Assembly: GCA_964035545.1 (NCBI GenBank)
Contig: OZ037765.1
Span: forward strand, 7,264,698-7,328,697
Origin: Bugula neritina
Taxonomy: Eukaryota > Animalia > Bryozoa
Length of the DNA: 64,000 bases
Reading direction: 5' to 3'
Shown here piece by piece: positions 59,601 through 64,000 of this stretch. How positions within the stretch are numbered: position 1 is the stretch's first letter; every line of letters starts with the position of its first letter. The translations under genes and the position numbers were made by a program. The notes below the pieces were generated by a model. The model did not search any database. It was not told the origin of the DNA and worked only from the letters and a program-made list of their open reading frames with translations.

Positions 59601-62003
59601 GTTACAACTTGAAAATTCCTTTGACATCAGTTAATTACCAATGAACAACTTGTTAACTCATAATGAAATTAAATGTAACTTCTAATTTTGTATTTATTTT
59701 CAACTCTTTACCTGTGTCACAGCCCGTAGACCTTGAGATATGCACATTTTAAATGAACTTTTGAATTCCTGAACATCCCCTGTTAATCTACAAACATAAT
59801 ATAATTTCTAAGCGACGAGGTTAAAAAACAGATGTGATCGAAATGCTGCAGATTTTCCAAAATCAGAACTTTTGCCATCACGGTAACCTTTTTACAACAA
59901 TTGCTATGCATAGAGCATGCACTTTTACAGACAAAATATTGTGACATTCAAGAAAAACACATCTAAGAATTTTGATAATCTATTTTCTGAGATTCATAAA
60001 AATAAAAGATATAACATGACAAAATTCGGAAAGCAAATGCTTTTTTGTAAAGGGAATCTTTCTCCAACTTATAGCATGCTAGCTACGGACTATTTAACCC
60101 AATACTGCTGTGATGCAATAAAACAAGAAATCTTTAAATACTGGTCAGGTAACCTATAAACTTTTTACCTGTGTATAATAGCACCAGTCTTATTCTTGTC
60201 GAAAAAAGCAATATCTTGTCTGATGATGTTGTTAAATAGATTTTTTCTCATCCTAGCAGCTAGTCTTTCTCCACTGTGTGACAGCAATGCGATGTAGGAA
60301 AATGTAAATAATGCCTAAAATAATACAGCAAGGTGTATGTTTAACTAAAATTAAAACTAAATAAAATTCTGTAGAATGAGGTGCACAGTAAAGAAAAAAA
60401 CTATGTCAGGGAAGAGTGAATAATGACAAAATTTATAGAACTTTTCAAAACTAAATTAGGGCGGTTAAAACTTGATTTAAATAGTATAAATTAAAGCTTT
60501 GCCTTCTAACATTATTTGGTATAAAACAATAAGCAGAATCAACAATTGAAGCATACTAACATCAAATCATATACATTAAATTATTGTCTAATTTATGAAC
60601 AGGGAAAGATGGAAATAAAATGATACATAAATCGTTATACATGAGCTGCATGTGGACAAATAATATTTAAATTCACCTGAAGAGAGTAGGTAACGAGTAT
60701 TTTGAAAACAGGTTCTTTCATTTGACTCCAGAAGTTGTCTCCCTGATTGTTGGCTGTGAATTTAGTCAAGTTATTAACAATAACTCCAAGTTGCAGGGGT
60801 ATTTGTATATTAGCGAATGCCACTACCATCGCACTCTAAAACATAATAAATCATGCAAAATACATTTTAACCAATAAACTCACTTTAAACACCCTTCAGA
60901 ATGTTTCGAAAAGAGTTGCTGTTTACTTCATTTAGAAATATTGATAAATACAATGAGTCGCAAATATTATCGATATAAAAATCTGCATGCTTACCGCAAT
61001 AGCTGCCAAAATATACCACAATTCTGGCCATAGCAGCTTTAACAACGTTTTCCAGCAAAATGTGAGCGCAGCCTTTTTTATAACTGGTTTTTTGATTGCA
61101 TCGGAGCGTTTGAGTTGTTCACATTTAGCAGTGGGTAAGCAGTAATAAGTGGATGGTATAGCCAGAGTACATAACACTGTATTTCGTAATACCTGCAAGC
61201 AATATAAATGAGTGAATATTAAAACGATATTACATAACACAAAATTTTTAAAATCAAACTTAGTTTTTACAACTGCTTAGAGCAATATAATACAGCTGAA
61301 AAATTGAACAAAAATTTTATTAAAACTCTTGAAACACGATCGAAATGTGTGACTATTATTGCATAGCATATAAATTGGCATCTTTATATACTGTATATTA
61401 TATTGTAAACTCTAAAATAAACAGGAGTTTGAATAAAAGAAAACTGTTTCCATCTATCAGTTTAATCTCTTATTTCAATAAGAATTGCAATTACTTTGAA
61501 AAATAAAATACTATCAGATTATTGTTAAAGAAGGCTTTGGCTAATAATTAAAAGAATTTTGTTTATACTAGATAAAATATCTCTAATCAAGCATTAGCTT
61601 TCTACTCATAAACTTTTCTTTAGGAAACAATAGGCTAATGTAGCTTTTACAAACAATGCATACAAACCTGTTTAAATCGACATTGAGGTTTCTTACTTTG
61701 TAAAAACTTCCAATAATCTTTTCTTAGCACATTGAAGTTGTGCTTCCACTGGCAACCAAGTTGTTGTGAAAACCTAGAGTGTAGTATAAGCCCTTGCACC
61801 AGATTCAATCTATATAATAAAATGTGACATAGTAAAGACGAAAAACATGTGTAAGTGTAGACTACAAAGACGCAGAAAATTTAGAAACATGCCTGAAAGA
61901 ACCCACTTATGTAAGAACAATATGCATTATGTAAATATACTTAAGACAACTGAATCACTTGAAGTCTTTGCTTGCACAGAAACATTTCATACCTGATAAG
62001 CAT
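53680..62003 (-). CDS. ABCB8: Mitochondrial ABC half-transporter ABCB8 (MITOSUR), about 670 aa, 18 coding exons
   Basis: Exons 61993-62003, 61668-61773, 60995-61192, 60677-60835, 60169-60314, 59712-59787, 58617-58757, 58439-58524, 58200-58297, 57638-57743, 57321-57393, 56190-56312, 55826-55898, 55346-55479, 55171-55242, 54882-55060, 54534-54681, 53680-53763 (2013 nt). [30 protein letters not shown] and [14 protein letters not shown] are ABCB8-type; Walker A GLSGGGKST, signature VSGGQKQR, Walker B ILDEATSALD. Confidence 0.94.
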
Positions 62004-62790
62004 TCTTGATCCTATACTTGTTCACACTACAGCCTACAATGAATTGGTTGAACATTGAAAAAATATGTTACTTACATGTGGTGTATAGACAATTTACATA
62101 ATTTATGCCCTCTTATGATAAGTCATATGCTACTTTATAGCATCAAAAAGTTGTGCAGAAATCCAGCTTCATTAGCAGTTGAACAAGGCTATAATTGTAA
62201 AAACATTGCTCTCAGACTAGGTTTGTTAAATAAAAGTTTATAATTTATATTGTTGAAACTGCACATTTAAAACCTCATAAACAAAAAATGTTTTTGGGGC
62301 ACTTATAGATATAACAACTCAAAACACATCCTTACAACAATGATCATTATGAGTGGAGGTTCAATTTAAAAGATCATATTAAAACAGTTGTAATTTTAAT
62401 GTTTATGGTAATTTTGGTGTCCATATAAAAACTGATAATAATTGTAGTAGATATAGTATTGATCCAAACCAAACAAGCCAACCTGTACAGAATATGGGAA
62501 TAGTAATAATTAACAAAATTAGTAGCTTATAGCTTTGGCTACAGTAAGACTATGTGACCGCGTAGTCGTGCGATCGTGTGTGTTGAAATTCAACATGAAC
62601 ATGCCAATGGGCCATGGCCTATGGTGATGGGGCTAAGCCCAAAATACAACATCAACTACCCCTATCCTACTAAAATAAAAGCCATCACAATATGAATAAT
62701 GAATAAAATAAAATATATTTAATGTTTTAAAATTCAAATCAACTCTAATAACCTCTAAACTCTGAAGTCAACAATGTTTAGCCATTTAGG

Positions 62791-62971
62791 TCGAGAGCAG
62801 CTGTGGTCTAGTGATCAAAACACTAACAGTGAATAGTAATACCAATAACTAATAAGTATAACTAAATAGTAAAAGAAATGCAATTAAAAGGTCAGTGCAC
62901 GTGGTTTCAATTCCAGCAAAGACTATTAGTATTACTATTAGTGATTGGTGATGATGGAAAGGACATTCTGG
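62791..62971 (+). mobile_element. Eroded SINE family A copy interrupted by hexamer-type insertions
   Basis: GAGAGCAGCTGTGGTCTAGTG (A box)...GGTTTCAATTCC (B box)...GATTGGTGATGATGGAAAGGACATTCTGG; alignable with 5221-5403 except for inserted low-complexity blocks. Confidence 0.55.
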
Positions 62972-64000
62972 TTTACTTTTAGCATTTCAGTTTACTGATA
63001 GTGATTTACATTTAGTCATAATTGTCCCTTTACCATTGCGATTATCATTATGATTATCAAATTGAAATATCATTACCATTATGATTACACTTACAGAAAA
63101 CGAGTCCTTAGCACACTTAAAAAAATCCTTTCCACCAGGGATTGGCACAGCAATGGCGACTATTTTATTACTACGACTATGAGACCAACTAGTACCAGTA
63201 TGAAGTTTGAGTTGAAATCCACTGTAAGTGCATGAACTTTTTTAAATTTATAAAATTAACTCTGAAACTGCAAGTGAATACTGAATATAATAACAAAAAG
63301 TTGAAAATAGATATAGTTGTAACGCAGTAAATTTGGCTTCATATATATGAAAGCAAAATATAAAAATATTTGCTATTAATAACCACAACAATAATCAATA
63401 AACAAATGAATGTCAATATAAAGAGTAGAAAAATAATAATAAAATTGCAATCCGATGATTACGATAACGATGGTGAAAATCATGAAAAAATTAATAAGTA
63501 AATAATGCAAAACTTGTTATAGCCTGAATTCTCAACTCTTACCTTGACCGTAGCAACTGTTCTCGTGAATGATGTACTCCGTCATTATATTAGAGTTGTC
63601 TTACTCATCACTTTAGTTTGCCACTGAGAGCTATTATCTTGCTAAAGGATTAAATAATATGAGTCTATACTGTTACTCTGCCTAGAACAGGAATGGGTAA
63701 CCTTTTAAGCATCATAAGGGCCAACTTAAAACAATAAATTTCTTGAGAGACTTCGTTGTATAAATATAATTTTTCCTGTATTTAATATAAACTACAAAAT
63801 ATTACATGCATGGTATTCAACAGATGTTGTATCTTGTTGCAATAACAATTGATATAGAATAAATAAAACTAAAGATGTTCTTTTTAGTCATATAGGAGAA
63901 TAAAAATCATATGATACTATTGAGGTTTGAGCCCTTCTGGTATCAATTCCATTGGCATTGTAGAAGGAGTCTTTATACACTGCTAATCTCATAAGCTATT

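Noticed and set aside
53680-62003. ABCB10 or P-glycoprotein identity
   Set aside because: Single TMD-NBD half-transporter with ABCB8-type peptides ([25 protein letters not shown]).

Overview
AT-rich, intron-dense metazoan (invertebrate-type) genomic DNA; the ORF track mostly shows exon fragments and noise. Manual splice reconstruction (GT-AG, phase-consistent) gives six protein-coding genes: the first coding exon of epsilon-tubulin (TUBE1, -), Rab35 (+, 6 coding exons), a 7-exon secreted protein with two saposin-B domains (-, barely visible in the ORF track), a divergent tetraspanin (+, 7 exons), Caskin (-, 20 exons over 30 kb) and mitochondrial ABCB8 (-, 18 exons). Non-coding highlights: (i) a 3.5-kb foldback element in Caskin intron 6 whose outer 663 bp arms look identical and carry the same nested MITE, while the inner arms are heavily diverged, which points to arm-to-arm homogenisation; (ii) a 0.7-kb hairpin element in the saposin gene; (iii) degenerate period-6 ATA(C/G)TN tracts just downstream of four putative transcription starts, with embedded palindromes and an apparently invaded SINE; (iv) tRNA-derived SINEs, small MITEs and mini/microsatellites. 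Everything was read by eye; no database searches were run, and transcription starts are inferred, not observed.
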